Assembly: GCF_018977255.1 (NCBI RefSeq)
Contig: NW_024704743.1
Coordinates: 16,060,001 to 16,124,000 of the forward strand
Origin: Callorhinchus milii
Lineage: Eukaryota
Direction of reading: 5' to 3'
DNA length: 64,000 bases
Part shown: positions 35,198 through 49,100 of the stretch, in pieces
Layout: each line of letters starts with the position of its first letter
How positions within the stretch are numbered: the first letter of the stretch is position 1
Made by a program: the position numbers and the translations under genes
The notes under the pieces: model-generated
Told to the model about the DNA's origin: nothing
Databases searched by the model: none
What the model saw: only the letters and a program-made list of their open reading frames with translations

Positions 35198-36825
35198 TTA
35201 ATCATAAATGTGGGGATCAAACAACTTTAAGATTGAAGCTACACAATAAGATCTTTATTTGCTTGAATATAAATGGCAGTAAGCACACAAGGACAGTGGA
35301 GCACAGGTTACATAGCTTCTATAGATCAAAACAGCAGCCACCAACAGAACTAAACTTACACTATCAATATCATTCTCTGCTCAGTAGAGGTATATTGGAC
35401 TGAGAAAAGCAAAGCAAATTATAAACCATCATTCCATTTGTCTGGAATGAATTCTAGCTCACAAGACTATATTTACTATAAACAGATATTTTTAACCTGT
35501 TTGTTATGTAACTACTGCTAGACCTTCCTTGGAACAGTTAAGCATCAGCAATGTGCTGCAAGTGCCTTCCTTGGATCAGTTGCTGTGCATACTGCTTCAT
35601 TTGCATCGGTCGATAAGTTTGCTGGTTCACAGGAATTCAGTGTAACTGCTGAGGTCTGGAAGGTGAGAAAATAGTCCTTTCACAGGCCTGACCTGTCGGT
35701 GCTGTTGGTCACACATCCAATGAACTTGAACCAGTGGTTACATACAACTTAAAAGTTTACGTTCACAAACTAGGCGTATGCAGTCATGCAGTTTTATTGC
35801 ACACTCAACTCTGGTTCAAAGGGATACAAAACCCACATTTCATAGGGAAGCAACTTTTGTACCATTGAGAGGTTACTTTTGCACTAAACAGAAGTTTACA
35901 ACAGAGATAAGAGTTTACAATTTCAGATTCATATTGCCTCCACCCTACTTCGGAAGTCCCACATACCACAAGCTTTTCCCCAAGACAGCACTCAGGCAAC
36001 CTGCTTCCTACTTGCCACACTTCTTTAATCAAAAGTTGTGCAACAAAAGTTCCAGATAGAAGTGTCTAACCTCCATTTAATAGTCAAAGTCAAGAGGTTT
36101 ATTACAGGCTTTGGTAAATGATTCGGCCTGGAATCAGAAATAAACACAGAGGGAGGGGAGAAAAACAGAAAAAAATGGGAGTCTGAATTGAAGAATGCAG
36201 CTCAGCAGAAAGGAAAATGCTTTGCTTGGATAAAGCTTTAGAGCCGCATAGATTAAGGGCAGCCCTAATTAACATTACATTCGCTTAAGAGAATTAAAAA
36301 CAAGCCTACAATAAATATTGAAATTCCTATAAGACACCTTGAAAAGATTAGCTCACCTTCCCCCATGGTCATTTTGTTAATGAAATTGTTATTGCAGTAG
36401 TTATTCTTGGTGTGCTCACTTCTATATTCTTTAAATATTGTTCAGTATCGAAATACACAAATAAACAGTCTCTATCACTCAGTGTGATAGACCACTGGAA
36501 TCCTTTCTGTTAGTGACTGGCATTACATAGAAGCAACGCAAACACATGGTCTTTCTTCAGTCCTGGTTTGATTTTAAACATCACTATCCAAACAGGTTCT
36601 TTTAGGCATCATATTAAAAATATTTTGAAGGATGAAATATATGTTTAACATCTCATCTGAAGAACGACACCTCCAACAACACAATTCACCCTCAGGACTG
36701 CTTTGGAATATTAGCCTAGACTATGGGAGTTCAAGTCCCGACTGACCGAAAATAAATTTAGTGAGAGGGTGATTTCCAAATGTATCAGATAGAAATTTCT
36801 TTCAAAAAGTTAGATTTGAATACAG

Positions 36826-37310
36826 CAATAAATTACATTTGTATAGGGCCTTTCACGTCAGGAGATTGTCCCAAGGTGCTGGATAGTCAGGGATCTGCAG
36901 CGGAGCTGGTGGTTGGGATCAGGAGGGATGGAGGGCAGGGAGTGCAGGAGTAGGAGGGTGACGGAAGGCATGGTCGAAGAGGAGGGTCTTGAGACGGGTT
37001 TTGAAGAAGGCAAGGGAAGGGTCGAGGTGGAGGGACTGTGGGGTGGAATTCCAGAGGGTGGGGGCAGAGGGAGCGGGCAAGGCGGGGGATGTGAAGCCCA
37101 GCCCGTTGAGCAGAGAGAGCAGACAGGTTGGTAGGAGGTTAAGAGGTCATGGAGGTAAGGAGGAGCAAGGCCGTGCAGGGCTTTGAAGGTGAGGACCAGG
37201 ATGTTGAACTGTATTCTCTGAGTGACGGGGAGCCAGTGGAGTCGGGCAAGGATGGGGGTGATTGGGTCGCAGAGCAGGAGAGGACACAGGCTGCAGAGTT
37301 CTGGATGAAT
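36826..37310 (-). mobile_element. L2 LINE 3' fragment
   Basis: Similar to 8611-9260. Confidence 0.85.
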
Positions 37311-37618
37311 AGTTTAGCCTCAATGTTTACACTTAAGCACACACGGTAGATGAAAAATTGAGTAGAACAGAGCATTTCGGAATCAGAAGAAATAAAAGTT
37401 CCTGTCGCTCATGTTAGATTCTGCACACATACCCAGGAGTGGTTTAGCTTCTAACCAATTTCTTTGTTAAACGCTGAACAGTTAATTTTGATGCACTCTT
37501 TGGATAATCAGGATCTAGAAAGGATCAAATGATAAATTTTGATGTGGAAAACTTTCTCGGATTATCAAATGACATCAAAACCTAAATCTTCAAAAGTCTG
37601 TTCCAATAGGTGTAAAAT

Positions 37619-37643
37619 NNNNNNNNNNNNNNNNNNNNNNNNN
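37619..37643. other. Assembly gap (25 N, true size unknown)
   Basis: Run of n. Confidence 1.
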
Positions 37644-37871
37644 GGTGTGTTCAGCATAACACTGAGTCATCTTCCAAAGCTTCAGTTACTGCTTGACAGT
37701 TTGCTTTTTTCATCTTTGAAGAATGCAACATTGGTATTGGGTCAGCTTGGATGAGGTTAGCATAAAGGCAAATCAACCCTTTGGTCAGTTGAAGTATTCA
37801 GCCTAAGTGCCAAGATGATACTGTCTTGCTATGTTCTGATTAAAGTCTTGAGAGCCTAAAATGTCATCTGT

Positions 37872-38242
37872 GGAGTCCTGTAGGTTAGTGGTGAGAGGGC
37901 ACTCGCCTCGCAAGCGAGAGGACCTGGGTTTGATTCCAGGAAGGGTGAAATGTTGGGCAAGTTTCCTTAATCCACATGCCTCTATTTACCTAACAGGACA
38001 TAGGTACCCGTTTGTTAGTCGATTGGCAGATTGCTTTTCGGGGATAATAATCCCTTCAAATTTTTTTTATAATTTGGTCATTCAGTCCATGACTGTCTGT
38101 GGGACACTACTGTTTGTAATTGGCTGCTGTGTTTTGCTGACAAAATATACAGTTAACTCACTTTACAGTATATTTTGTGAAGCGCTTTGAGACGTCTCGA
38201 AGACGTGATAAGGTGCTAAATCAAATGCAAGGATTATTGTTA
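37872..38242 (+). mobile_element. tRNA-derived SINE, long form
   Basis: GGAGTCCTGTAGGTTAGTGG head; GAGACGTCTCGAAGACGTG tail. Confidence 0.9.
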
Positions 38243-39329
38243 TATCTGTAGTCGATTTTGTTCCTGGTTCACTGACCATATTCTTTTAGCTTTTCACTTA
38301 TGGTGGAACTCAAATTATCCATTATACAGTCGGATCTTTTTTAGAGTGTGACACTGATCTATATACAATGTGAATGGATCCATAACATACTGGAAGGGCG
38401 GTACTCTTCTGGCTTCCGGTCCTAACTGACCAGCTTCCTGTGCATAGCACGCAGGGCTCAGAGGTACTATTGGCATCCTAGTGAGCAGTGGAAATATTTG
38501 GAAGAGGGATTGTTATCTTCTGGCAGCCGATCTACAACACAAACCATTATAACACTGGGTCTGATTTTGATAGACACAAACTTTAACGAAATCTGACTGG
38601 AAAATCTAGGACATTTTTATTCAGAAGTTCAAAACGCCATTGTACAATAATTAATTATAACACCTGTATGGCCAAGAGGGTCATGTCAGTCATATGCCAT
38701 TTAGTAAAACCTAACCCTATTGTACGACCCAGTGAAGTTCCACTTTTGGCTGATAAGAATTGATTTCTGCATTTAACCGTAAACAGGATGGTTTTTCTGT
38801 ATGGTCAGGATAGATGAGACTGAAATACAAATACTGTTTAGCAGAAGCAATGGAGATGAGATATTAAAGCATAGACTTAATTTTTTTTACTATTGTGAAG
38901 GGTATCAGTAATTTTCTAAGTTAGAAGTGTACAAAACAAGGGATTCTTGGGATTACAGAAAAGTGATTGAGGGGAATGAACAAGAATTGGAGTAAAGGGA
39001 CTGCACAGTATTTTACAAAATGTAGGTAGGTGGAGAAATACCATCAAAGAAGGTTAGAGATAAGAAATGGGGCTCCTAAAATATTAGCTGACATCTGCTA
39101 CTTACTGCCAAATCGAGCATGTAGACTGTTCGGGCTACAGCACATTGTAATGTGCTGATTTTGATATTTCAGAAGTAAGACGGTGGATAACCACAAGGGA
39201 GGGAAGAAGGTAAACACCTTGAAAGAGGTAATTAATGACTTAAGTAGATGAGAAGTTGACTGCTAGAACAATGCTTGTTGGATTTATTCTTTATTATTTT
39301 ACCACAACTGAAATGATTAAGTGAAAATA

Positions 39330-39864
39330 CAGTGGAAGCCACTTAAGCCGGACACATTGAGGACAGCTGTTTTGTCCACCTTAAGTGCCGTCTGAGGTTA
39401 ACTAAAGCGCTCTGAGACTCTAGCCTGCGTGAAGGGCGCCACATAATTGCAAGTTGTTGTTGTTCTCTTACCTCTTCCTGCCCAGCAGAGGGGCGGTGAC
39501 ACCTCTCTCCCATGGCCATGGATGGGCTCCCACTCATTCACAAGCAGCTCCAGCTGTCAATCAATCATGATTTTGATTCCTCCCCTTTCTTCCCCGTTCC
39601 TGCACTTCCTTACTGACTCACAGCCCTGAGCTGTTTGTGAATGGCTGGAGTCCACTGTCAATCATTCGCAATTTGACTTCTCCCGCCTCCATCCAGGAGC
39701 CACTCGTGGTGAGTGAGGTGAGGCAGCGGTGACCAGCATGGCGTTTTGTCCGGGTTAACCGGAAATTTGTCCGAACTAACCAGCATGTTTGTAACCGGTA
39801 AGAACACAAATGAATCGGGCTTTTGTCTGATTTACCCCGCATCCGGTTAAAGCGGCTTCCAATG
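39330..39864. mobile_element. Tc1/mariner (Tigger/pogo-like) non-autonomous element (MITE) flanked by TA
   Basis: Left TA|CAGTGGAAGCCACTTAAGCCGGA; reverse complement of right end TA|CATTGGAAGCCGCTTTAACCGGA. Confidence 0.8.
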
Positions 39865-39877
39865 TACTTGAATACAT

Positions 39878-40192
39878 GGAGTCCTGTAGCTCAGTGGTTA
39901 GAGCACTCGCTTTGCAAGTGAGACACCTGGGTTCAATTCCAGGCAGAGGGCGAAACCTTGGGCAAGTTTCCTTACTCCACACAGAGCCTAATAATAATCC
40001 CTCCAAAAAAAATTATAAATTGGTCATTTTCAATCCACGACTGTTTGTGGGACACTGCTGTGCGCAATTGGCTGCCGCGTTTTGCACACAAATATCCGGT
40101 CAATTCACTTTACAGTCTATTCTGTGAAGCGCTTTGAGATGTCGCGAAGATTTGAAAAGCGCTATATCAAATGCAAGGATTATTATTATTAT
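39878..40192 (+). mobile_element. tRNA-derived SINE, short form, full length
   Basis: Box A TAGCTCAGTGG, box B GGTTCAATTCC, (ATT)n tail. Confidence 0.92.
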
Positions 40193-40467
40193 ATATTTTA
40201 TGTAGCATACATCAGGCAATGTATCTACCTACTGCTGGAGTTAGCCTAGTCATTGACTCAGTTGTGATATATATTCTTTCAAGATCTTTTGACATTGGTA
40301 TTAGGGTACATCAGCTGTGTCACTCTTGTCATGTTTAATATGATTGTCATTTAAACTCATCTCCAGGACCGTATCAAAGCTGACTGGAAAAGGGATTTTT
40401 CCCACTCAGCTCCTGTTAACTCGGCAGGGCAAAGCCCTAATGGATAGAGTGGACCTAGCTGGACATG

Positions 40468-40691
40468 GCCTAATAATAATCCCTCCAAAAACCAAAAACA
40501 ATAATTAAATTGGTCATTTTCAATCTACGACTGTTTGTGGGACATTGCTGTGCGCAATTGGCTGCCGCGTTCGCCCACAAATATACAGTCAATTCACTTT
40601 ACAGTGTGTTCTGTGAAGCGCTTCGGGACGTCCTCCCGACGTGAAAAGCGTGACATCAAATGCAAGGATTATTATTATTATATTATTATTA
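40468..40691 (+). mobile_element. SINE 3' two-thirds with CTCCC-loop tail
   Basis: Near-identical to the corresponding part of the 7258-7581 copy. Confidence 0.9.
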
Positions 40692-42655
40692 TGGGAAGCT
40701 TACCAGACAGTGCTTTCAGTGGCAGGCTACGAATGAATGAACAACTTGCTCTGAGAGCTGGTGCCTCACTCAAAAGGCTGAATGGCCTTCTTCTGTACTT
40801 TAAATTAAGTATCTGAAGCGCTTTGGAATGTCATTAAGATGTGATAAGGTGCTATATCAAATGCAAGGATTATTATTATGTTTTCTCCTGCACTAGATTC
40901 TGACACCATTCACTCCTATCTTCACCAGACTCTGCTGGCTTCCTGTCCCCAGTGAATCAACTTCAAGATTCTTACTCTAACTTTCAATTCTTTCCACACC
41001 CTCAGCCCTCCTTGTACCTTAGCAATCTCTTCCAGCCCCATCCTTGGTCTCTCCTACCCAACCACTTATGCGTTCCCTATTTTCATAATCATTCTCAAAC
41101 CGTCCTTCTTTGATCAAGAGGGACGGTTTGGGAATGATTATGAAAGCAGATTGCTTGGTTTGGTTGCTTGATTGCCTCTCTCCTTGCATTTCCCACCTTG
41201 CTTGGGTTATCACACTGTCTCTATGAAGCAATTTGACTCAGATTATTTTATGTAAAATGTGCTATGTAAGCACAAGTTCTTCTAGAGACAGAATTCTAGA
41301 GAAATGGTAATGCTAGGCAAACACTGTTTTGAAAAGGGTTGATTTTTTAAAATTAAAATGTATTTGTTTTTGTCAACTTCTGGTTAAGAACCCCTAGGTA
41401 GGGTAAAAGCCCATTCCACCAAAAAATGGGTCTGTCTAATTCGGTGACTAGCTTTAAGAAGTTTCCCATGGGTTTATTTTGAAAGATGAGCCTGCAGCAT
41501 TGGAGTCCTTTACAAATCTGTGCTTCGGTATCATAGACCTAAAAAATTTTGTTAACATAAATTATGTTCAATAAACGTTCACATGGTTTCGGCACTAACA
41601 CATATTGGAGGATAAATAAGGTTACTCTTTGTTCCTTTTTTTAAATGTTGTATTTCTACTAAACTCCATACCTTTTTGTTCAGAATGCTTGGAGCTACAG
41701 ATAATTTCAATAAATTATTTCTTACAATACATGATACTTCTTCCACTTTCTTCTGCTTCAAAGATCACTGCATGTGTGTTATTGTATGCCAGCCCACATG
41801 AGCCTACCTCCTAAAGGGACTATGCCCTTAATTTCTCTCCCTGTCTTCTACCTCCTCTGTCTGGATGATGAACTCTTTGTCATCTTGCCTCTGGCAAAAG
41901 CAGGAAATAGTGCAGCCTACCACTCTAATTTACTCCACTGATTGAAGTGATGTGGGTAAGCTCTGTGTAAATAAGCTCAGGAGACTGCTGAGACTTAAGT
42001 TTGCTGTCTAATGAGCAAATTTCCTACTGATTCCTATTTTGATACGCCCCAGAATTCTATGGAGATTAAAAAAATTATAAATGCTGGCGCCCCCACTCTT
42101 CTTGACTCTATTCCCTCAGTTTTTCCATTTTTGATATTTCAGACTCTCCCAACTTGAAAAAGGATACACAGTGATTGTAATGCACCTCATGTTTGAAAGC
42201 TTGCAGGCTAGGCTCACGCATGAAGAATGATGACAGTTTGGTTGACGTGTGGGGTGGGCTGCTGGTGACCAAGAAACCTGGCCAGGACACCAGGAGAAAC
42301 TCCCTTCTCTTTTGAATAGCACCAAGGGATCTTTAATATCCACTTGAATAAGCAAATGGGACCTTGGTTTAATATCTCATCTGAAGGATGGCACCTCTGA
42401 CAATGCAACACACCTCCAGTGCTACATTGGAATTTCAAATTAGATGTGGGATTTGAACCCACAACTTTCTGGCTCAGAGGTGAGAGTGGTACCACTGCGC
42501 CAATCTGATACATCTTTTCAAGGCATTAAAGATTGCATGGCACTACTTGAAAAGAGAAGGCAGTTTCCCCGGTGTCCTAGCCAAGAATCCCCCAAATAAA
42601 ATTGGTCATTTTGTTTCATGACCATTTGTGGGAGTTGCTACATTTGCCTACAAAT

Positions 42656-43004
42656 AGTAATAATAATCCTTGCATTTGATATAGCACTTTATCACGTCTT
42701 CGAGACGTCTCAAAGTGCTTCATAGAATACACTGCAAAGTGAATTGATTGTATATTTTGTGAGCCAATTACGCACAACAGTGTCCCACAAATAGTCGTGG
42801 ATTGAGTGACCAATGTATTATTTTTTTTGAAGAAATTAGTATCCCGGAAAAGTGATCCACCAAATGGCTAACAGCCGGGTTCCTACTTACTGCTAGGTAA
42901 ACAGAGGCATGTGGAGTAAGGACACTTGCCCAACCTTTGCCCTGCCGGAAATCAAACCCAGGTTTCTCACTTGCAAGGTAATGCTTTAACCACTGAGCTA
43001 CAGG
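42656..43004 (-). mobile_element. tRNA-derived SINE, long form
   Basis: Head, central block and tail all present. Confidence 0.9.
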
Positions 43005-44329
43005 GCTGTACATAGTAATTTCACTTGACTGTAAATCCTGTGAGGCGATGGCCTGACTTGAATGGCACTGTACCAAATGCAAGGATGATTATTATGTTGG
43101 CCCAGTTATCCTCTTCACTTTCTCACAGTGACAATTGTTTACCATATTTATCATTGAATAAATTGAAGAAAGGGAAAGTAAAGAGAAAAGGGGAACTTGG
43201 AAAGATCCTAAAAAGGAAGTGATAAATAACATATCTAACCATTTGTACATGAGTAATTCTTAACAGGGGGTTTCCACTATTCTTGTAACAGACTTTAATC
43301 AAATCTTTTTTTTGAACTTCCAACACATTATCAGATTGCCAAACATGTTCTGAATCACATTACTTCTACTGCAGCACAGTTATTATTTACAAAACAAAAA
43401 ATAACGCCTTCAAACAAAGTGATTGCTAGTTCTTGCTGTATGTTTTCATCCAGTTGCTCTCTGTTTTAGCCAATAGACCACCGTTTGTTTCTGTGCTGTC
43501 GGTGAGATCTTGTGTTATTCGGTTTGATCTTTCACATCACTATCACCAGCTTTATTTCCTGATATTTGCTTAGTGATAAAGTAGTCACGCCTTTTGTCAG
43601 ATTACAGTCTGGTCCCATCTCTTCAACAACAATTTATATTGTGCCCCTCACATCAGGAGATCGTCCCAAGGCGCTGATATTCCTCCTGCGCTCAGATCAG
43701 TTCCATGCCATGCAATTTCAAGATGGACTTCATGAAAATAGTGTGTCCTTTTTCACCGTCTGTTTCTTTTAGCCTCAAAATGGCATGGCTTCACTTTCAA
43801 TTATATTCAAATAACTAAACTCTCACCGCAAGTGTTGATGACCTGGTCAGTCTTCCAGGTTTATGCCACATCCCGAGTGTTGCTTTGGGTACAACTCCCC
43901 ATTCAAACCCCAGCAAGTCAGGTTAGAACATACTTAATTGCGGGGGAGCACAAGGCACAGCAGAATACAGTATTAAGTATTTTTCTAAGGTCTGTTTTAA
44001 GCAGCTCTCCCAACTGTGCAAAGGCAGTGCAATTAATCCTGTCCTGGTATTAGGAGACTGTTAATGAAATGTAGCATTAAGAGAAACTTAATATATTAAG
44101 TTATAATTGGAATCTGATCAAAGTTTGTTTATGTTAATATCTGAAATCTAAATTTGATTCCAGATCACGCAATATTTCTCTGCTGTGTCCTCTCCCCTAT
44201 GAAGTTATCTGACTTAAGATCTCTTTCAAGAAGTGGCTTCAAAGAGAAGAGTCACCAAGGGAAGGATTTGATAACAATAATAATCTTTATATTTGCTTTC
44301 ACAGCTAAAGGTCGGCTCAGAGTGGATAG

Positions 44330-44930
44330 ATATGTGTGTTTGGGTGTTTACAAGCAGCAGAGAAAGTGTGGGAGGAGTGAGCACAGGGAGAGCGAGAGAG
44401 AGGAGCTGAGGCTCTCACAGCTGCAGTGACTGGGGAGCAAGTCACACACACGCAGCGGGGTCCAGAGCAGCCAAGGTTGGGCGGGTTCATGCCCAATTGG
44501 GCGTGTTTTTGTTTCACTTTGGGCGGCTGCTTAATTCTTATTTTTTTTAATTTAAATCAGCAAAAAGACCTTTTCTTAGCTAGATTCAAAAGCACTGACC
44601 TAAATCGGTCACTGTGCTACCCCTACCCACCAGAGGAGGACACGCTGGATATTGAGCTACATTTGGGCTATTATTGGGCGGCGTCTGGGCTACAAGGGTC
44701 CTCAAATCTCTGGCTACACTGAACACCAGCTGTTTCCTAACAGCGACAAGAACCACCTGCCTTTGCCTTTCACCCTCTGGGAGGGCGTTGGTTTATTAAG
44801 GCTAAAAGGGCGTTGGTTGATTAGTTTGTTGCTGTGAACTAATATTTGCTGAGCAAAACCAAATGACAACCCTTTTTAACATCTATATTTAAAAAAAATT
44901 CAAACTAAACCAATATTACGCCCCAATGGC
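44330..44930 (+). promoter_or_regulatory. Candidate promoter and non-coding first exon of the MED1-like gene
   Basis: Locally GC/CpG-enriched; GGGCGG boxes near 44479, 44521 and 44676; several CCAAT/ATTGG; possible donor CAAG|GTTGGG at 44476. Confidence 0.4.
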
Positions 44931-46002
44931 GTGGCCTCCCACTCACCTCTGCTCTGGTCTGAAGGACATATGGACCTGATCCTGTGGTGTTGTTTCCTTG
45001 TGGAAAGGAGCCTGAACCCCAAAACGTGTGTAGTCAAGGATGGAGTGCTGATGGTTTGTGCTGCACTGTGTGCTGCAGTGGAGGAGTTCTCCCTGTTCCG
45101 CAGTGATACTGCACAGCTGGTTCTGCAGCTCTTGTCATACTAAACTGTACCCCAAAAATTGATTACTTCCCTAACTTTGAAGAGCTGGAGGAATGTCCGA
45201 TTGTTACCAGCATCAAAAAGGCGTGGTAGCTCGGCAAGAGTATATATATATGTGTGTGTGTGTGTGACGCTATCCAGAACAAGGACATCTTGTGATTTTA
45301 TATAGCCCTGTGTGTAGGGTAATGTCTCAGAGCATTATAAAGACTGGGTCAAGCTGAGGAAGGCAGGTGTGTTCGAATAAGTAAGTTTTAAGGTAAGTCT
45401 TAAAGATTGATAGAGGGGGAGGGGTAGAGGGAGGATAGGCTATGAATAATATAGTATCAATTCAGAGGAGGGCTGTACTTGTTGTTGGATGGCTCCATTC
45501 ATTCTGTACAATGCACAAAGCCCTTAGGTGAAGGTGTATTCTAATGACTGGTTACAGAATACTTTATGTTCACACACTCGAGGCATGAAATTCCACCCAA
45601 TTTTACCTTAAAATTTAAGAATGTGCAGAATTGTGGAAAATTCTTAAATTCAGCTTAAATTAGAACACAGAAACTGATATTTCCAGCACAGAAAGAAGCC
45701 ACTGGTGCATCATGTCCTTGCTACTGCTACTTGTTTTAGTTTCCCCCTAGCCTGCATGTGGGGTGCCATATAAATGCCCAGGGACTGACTTTATTTAGGT
45801 TTATTTGGTAGAATATATCTTCTCTTTAAGCATTTTAGATTTTTGTGTCAAAGAAATATTCTGAGCAACGCTTGAGCCAAAAGAGGCTGATGTACTTTGA
45901 ATGTGCTTTTTACCAAGTGCATAACTATCAAAATCTGTCTCAAGATGTCACCTCAGTTATTGTTATAGAATGCAACAAGAATATAATTCATTTGTTTTGC
46001 AG

Positions 46003-46103
46003 ACATTGATCGAATATCTAAAACTTCTTTGATGGAAAACGTGCGGAATAAGCACCGTGAAAAACCATGGAGCGAGTTTCTGAAAGTTGTCCGGTACACT
46101 ATG
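46003..46103 (+). CDS. MED1-like exon (IDRISKTSLMENVRNKHREKPWSEFLKVVRYTM)
   Basis: TTGCAG|AC ... ATG|GTGAGC. Confidence 0.85.
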
Positions 46104-49100
46104 GTGAGCATTGGTACTTTATGTTTGTGAATAAATAATTTTGAGTGGATCCCCAACTAGAAACTCACAAAATTATAAATCTGTCATTGGGGGAAAAAAA
46201 TAGTTCATAAAATTCTGATCTTTGGAAGAATTATTATTTATATCTTTTGCAAATAGTTGATTAACAAATAGTCTTACTTGCAAATGTTGCATGTTATTCA
46301 ACACCATACATACTACTTTATTTTCCTTCTTGAACTACAGTGGGGTAGGGTGGGAATATCATATTAATACCATCTATACTCAACTGGCAGATAGATTACA
46401 CCATTTAGTTGATTGGCATCAGTTTAATCTTGCTTTAACTGATATATAATTTGTGGACAATCCTGCATCCAACACCTTGAAGAACTGGGGAATGCAGAAT
46501 TTGAAGACTGAACCTGAACATAAAATGAGATGTGTACAAGTACCACAGACTCCTCCTACCACGGTACTGAATCTATCTGAACCTGGATCAAGTAGATCTC
46601 TGTAGATTTGAGACTCAGCCAATTGTCTGTGCTGTAAATATCAAGCTCACTGTTACATGCTTGCTCAGCTGTATGTACAGTTTTGTATTATATAAACATT
46701 AGCAAGACTACTGGTGATGTATTTTTTGTGAGGAAGTTTTGATTTTTCTTTTGACTTGTATTCCACATCCATTGGGTTAGAACAATAACATTTGAGGAAC
46801 GAGCCTGAACTGTGGGTCTTTGATTAATTTGCAAAAGTGTTCATATTGGATAAAAATCATACATGTATCATAAATCTAATTGGAAAGGGGTACATGTTCT
46901 CCTGCGCATATATCCATCTAATCCACGGCAGCATGTGGGGTATATAATGCTGGCCATTATTACAGGTAATTATTGCTTTAGTATGATTTGAATTCTATCA
47001 CTAGTGACCATTATATGTCATCTTGTGATGAGGAAACTCAGGCATGGTTATAAGTTGCGACCACATAGACTGTCTATGAATGTAGATCTTGCACATGCTG
47101 GAAGCTGGAAATCAATGTTCTCTCATCTGTAATTGAACTTTAAATTTTGATCCTTCTTCAGCTGAATCAAATCCAAGTCCAAAATCCGCCATGTTGTAAC
47201 AAACATTCTTTTTGGACAAAATATCACTTCTTAGTAAGGATTAATACAGTTACTTTGTGGTAAATTCTTTTTCCGAATTCTTTGCAGGATAAGCACACTG
47301 GTACTGGAAACATTGGTGAGAGCCTGTGTGTGTGCAGTTTAAAGACACTGCAAAAGGCTTTAAATGGTGAGAGCATTTGGAGTGACGAAAAATAATAATA
47401 ATCCTTGCATTTGATATAGCGTCTTATTACGTCAGTGAAAGCATCAGTGGTATTCTTATTAATCAAAGAATGTGTTGTAAAGTAAAATTTTCAATGTTGT
47501 ATTCATACAAGATGAGATGTGTACAAGTCCCATGCCAAGTCCCAATGTACCCTTAAATGCCTGAGACACTTGAACAAATTGTATTTTAGGTATAATTCAA
47601 TAAAAATGGTCTATTTTTCTGTTTTGTCTAGTTGCGTCTTTGTCTGCCATGGTAGACCGACTAGAGCTTCTAGCAAGAGAGAATGGGTAAGAACCATTGG
47701 AAGTGACTTGTAGTCACACCTATACCTTGTACTTTACACACCTTTGCCTTGTAAAGTGGGCTTGTGTCCCAAGACCTTACTCAAAACAAAAGTGAATGCA
47801 AAAAGGGAAGACTTGCAACATCACCCCTCTATCTTCTCTGTTCCAGTAAAAATAGGCCCAGTTCATTTAGTCTCTGCTCATGGGTTAAACTACTCATCCT
47901 AGTATGTCATTCTAGTAAATCTTTCCTAAAGTGGGGTTTTGCACACTCAAGTGCAAAACTGGACATAATACTCTAACTGTGATCTAACTAATAACTTACA
48001 CAAGTTAAGCATCACAACATTCAAAGCATTCAGAATTTGGCTTTTTAAAAAAAAATGTAGTGTTAATTTTGAAGCCACTATTCTGTAGTTCCTAAAAGAG
48101 CCTGGCTTCAAAATTAACACTACATTTAAGAACTAGCCAAATTCTGCATTTTTTGAAATAATTTAAGCCTGGACCATAATGAAAGACAGCAACAATAGCA
48201 AATTCACCCAAAGTACAAAATGCAGTTTAACTGCTCCAGATCCACCAAGTCATAACACTGTCCTATTGAAACAGTTGCACTGTCAAGTTGCAAGAACATA
48301 CATTACCACTGGACACATACATTTTGGCAATGAAGAAGTTGAGAGTAAAATAGATAAACATAAAGATGTGAAAACTATAACTATAATAAACACTTTATGC
48401 TGCTTTAGATGAGAAAAAATATATAATTCTGGATAAGATGTCCACAAAGTTCAATTATTTTTTGTAACAATTTGGAATATTGGCTTTCAAGTTAGCTTTG
48501 GTGTCTTTCCATGACTGATCTTTGATTTGTAAACTATGATCTTCCAATGGAAATGAATGAGGGCTGTACTTGATGATGATGTTAATAATGATAAATAATA
48601 AACCTTACATTTGGTATAGAATCTTTTATGTCAGGATGACGTCCCAAAGCGCTTCCAGGATGTACTGTAAAGTGCAGTTACTGTGTGTTTTGTAGACGCC
48701 CAAAACTTCACTCTGTGAATTCAGTTGCAACCACCTTGGGTCGAGTCTGGGAAGGTATTTTACTGTCTCAGTGGTCCATTGAATTTCTTCGACTGTTTTT
48801 GATCAAGTGCCACACGGCAATAAATGTTGATTTAGCAGAAATTAACTGAGATGTCTGCCCGATGTATTCCTAAACCCTCTTAAAAGGAGTAATATTGAAT
48901 TGTGGAAGTAGTTACAATCCAAAATATATTGCTTAAAATATTATTTTTAGTTCAGTTAGAAATGTTTATGCAATCATTAGTCTGTATTGGAATGATTTGT
49001 AGACTAATAAGCCAAATCAGAGTCAGCTGAATTGTAGAGTTTGTCTAACCATGATGTATGTCACCTATGTGTGTGTGTGTGTGTGTGTGTGTTTGTTGGT

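Noticed and set aside
33310..37618. RALA non-coding first exon and promoter
   Set aside because: No CpG island or convincing exon is seen; it probably lies in or beyond the N gap, so it is not annotated.
39878..39955. tRNA-like sequence with A and B boxes
   Set aside because: It is the head of a multi-copy SINE, not a standalone tRNA gene.
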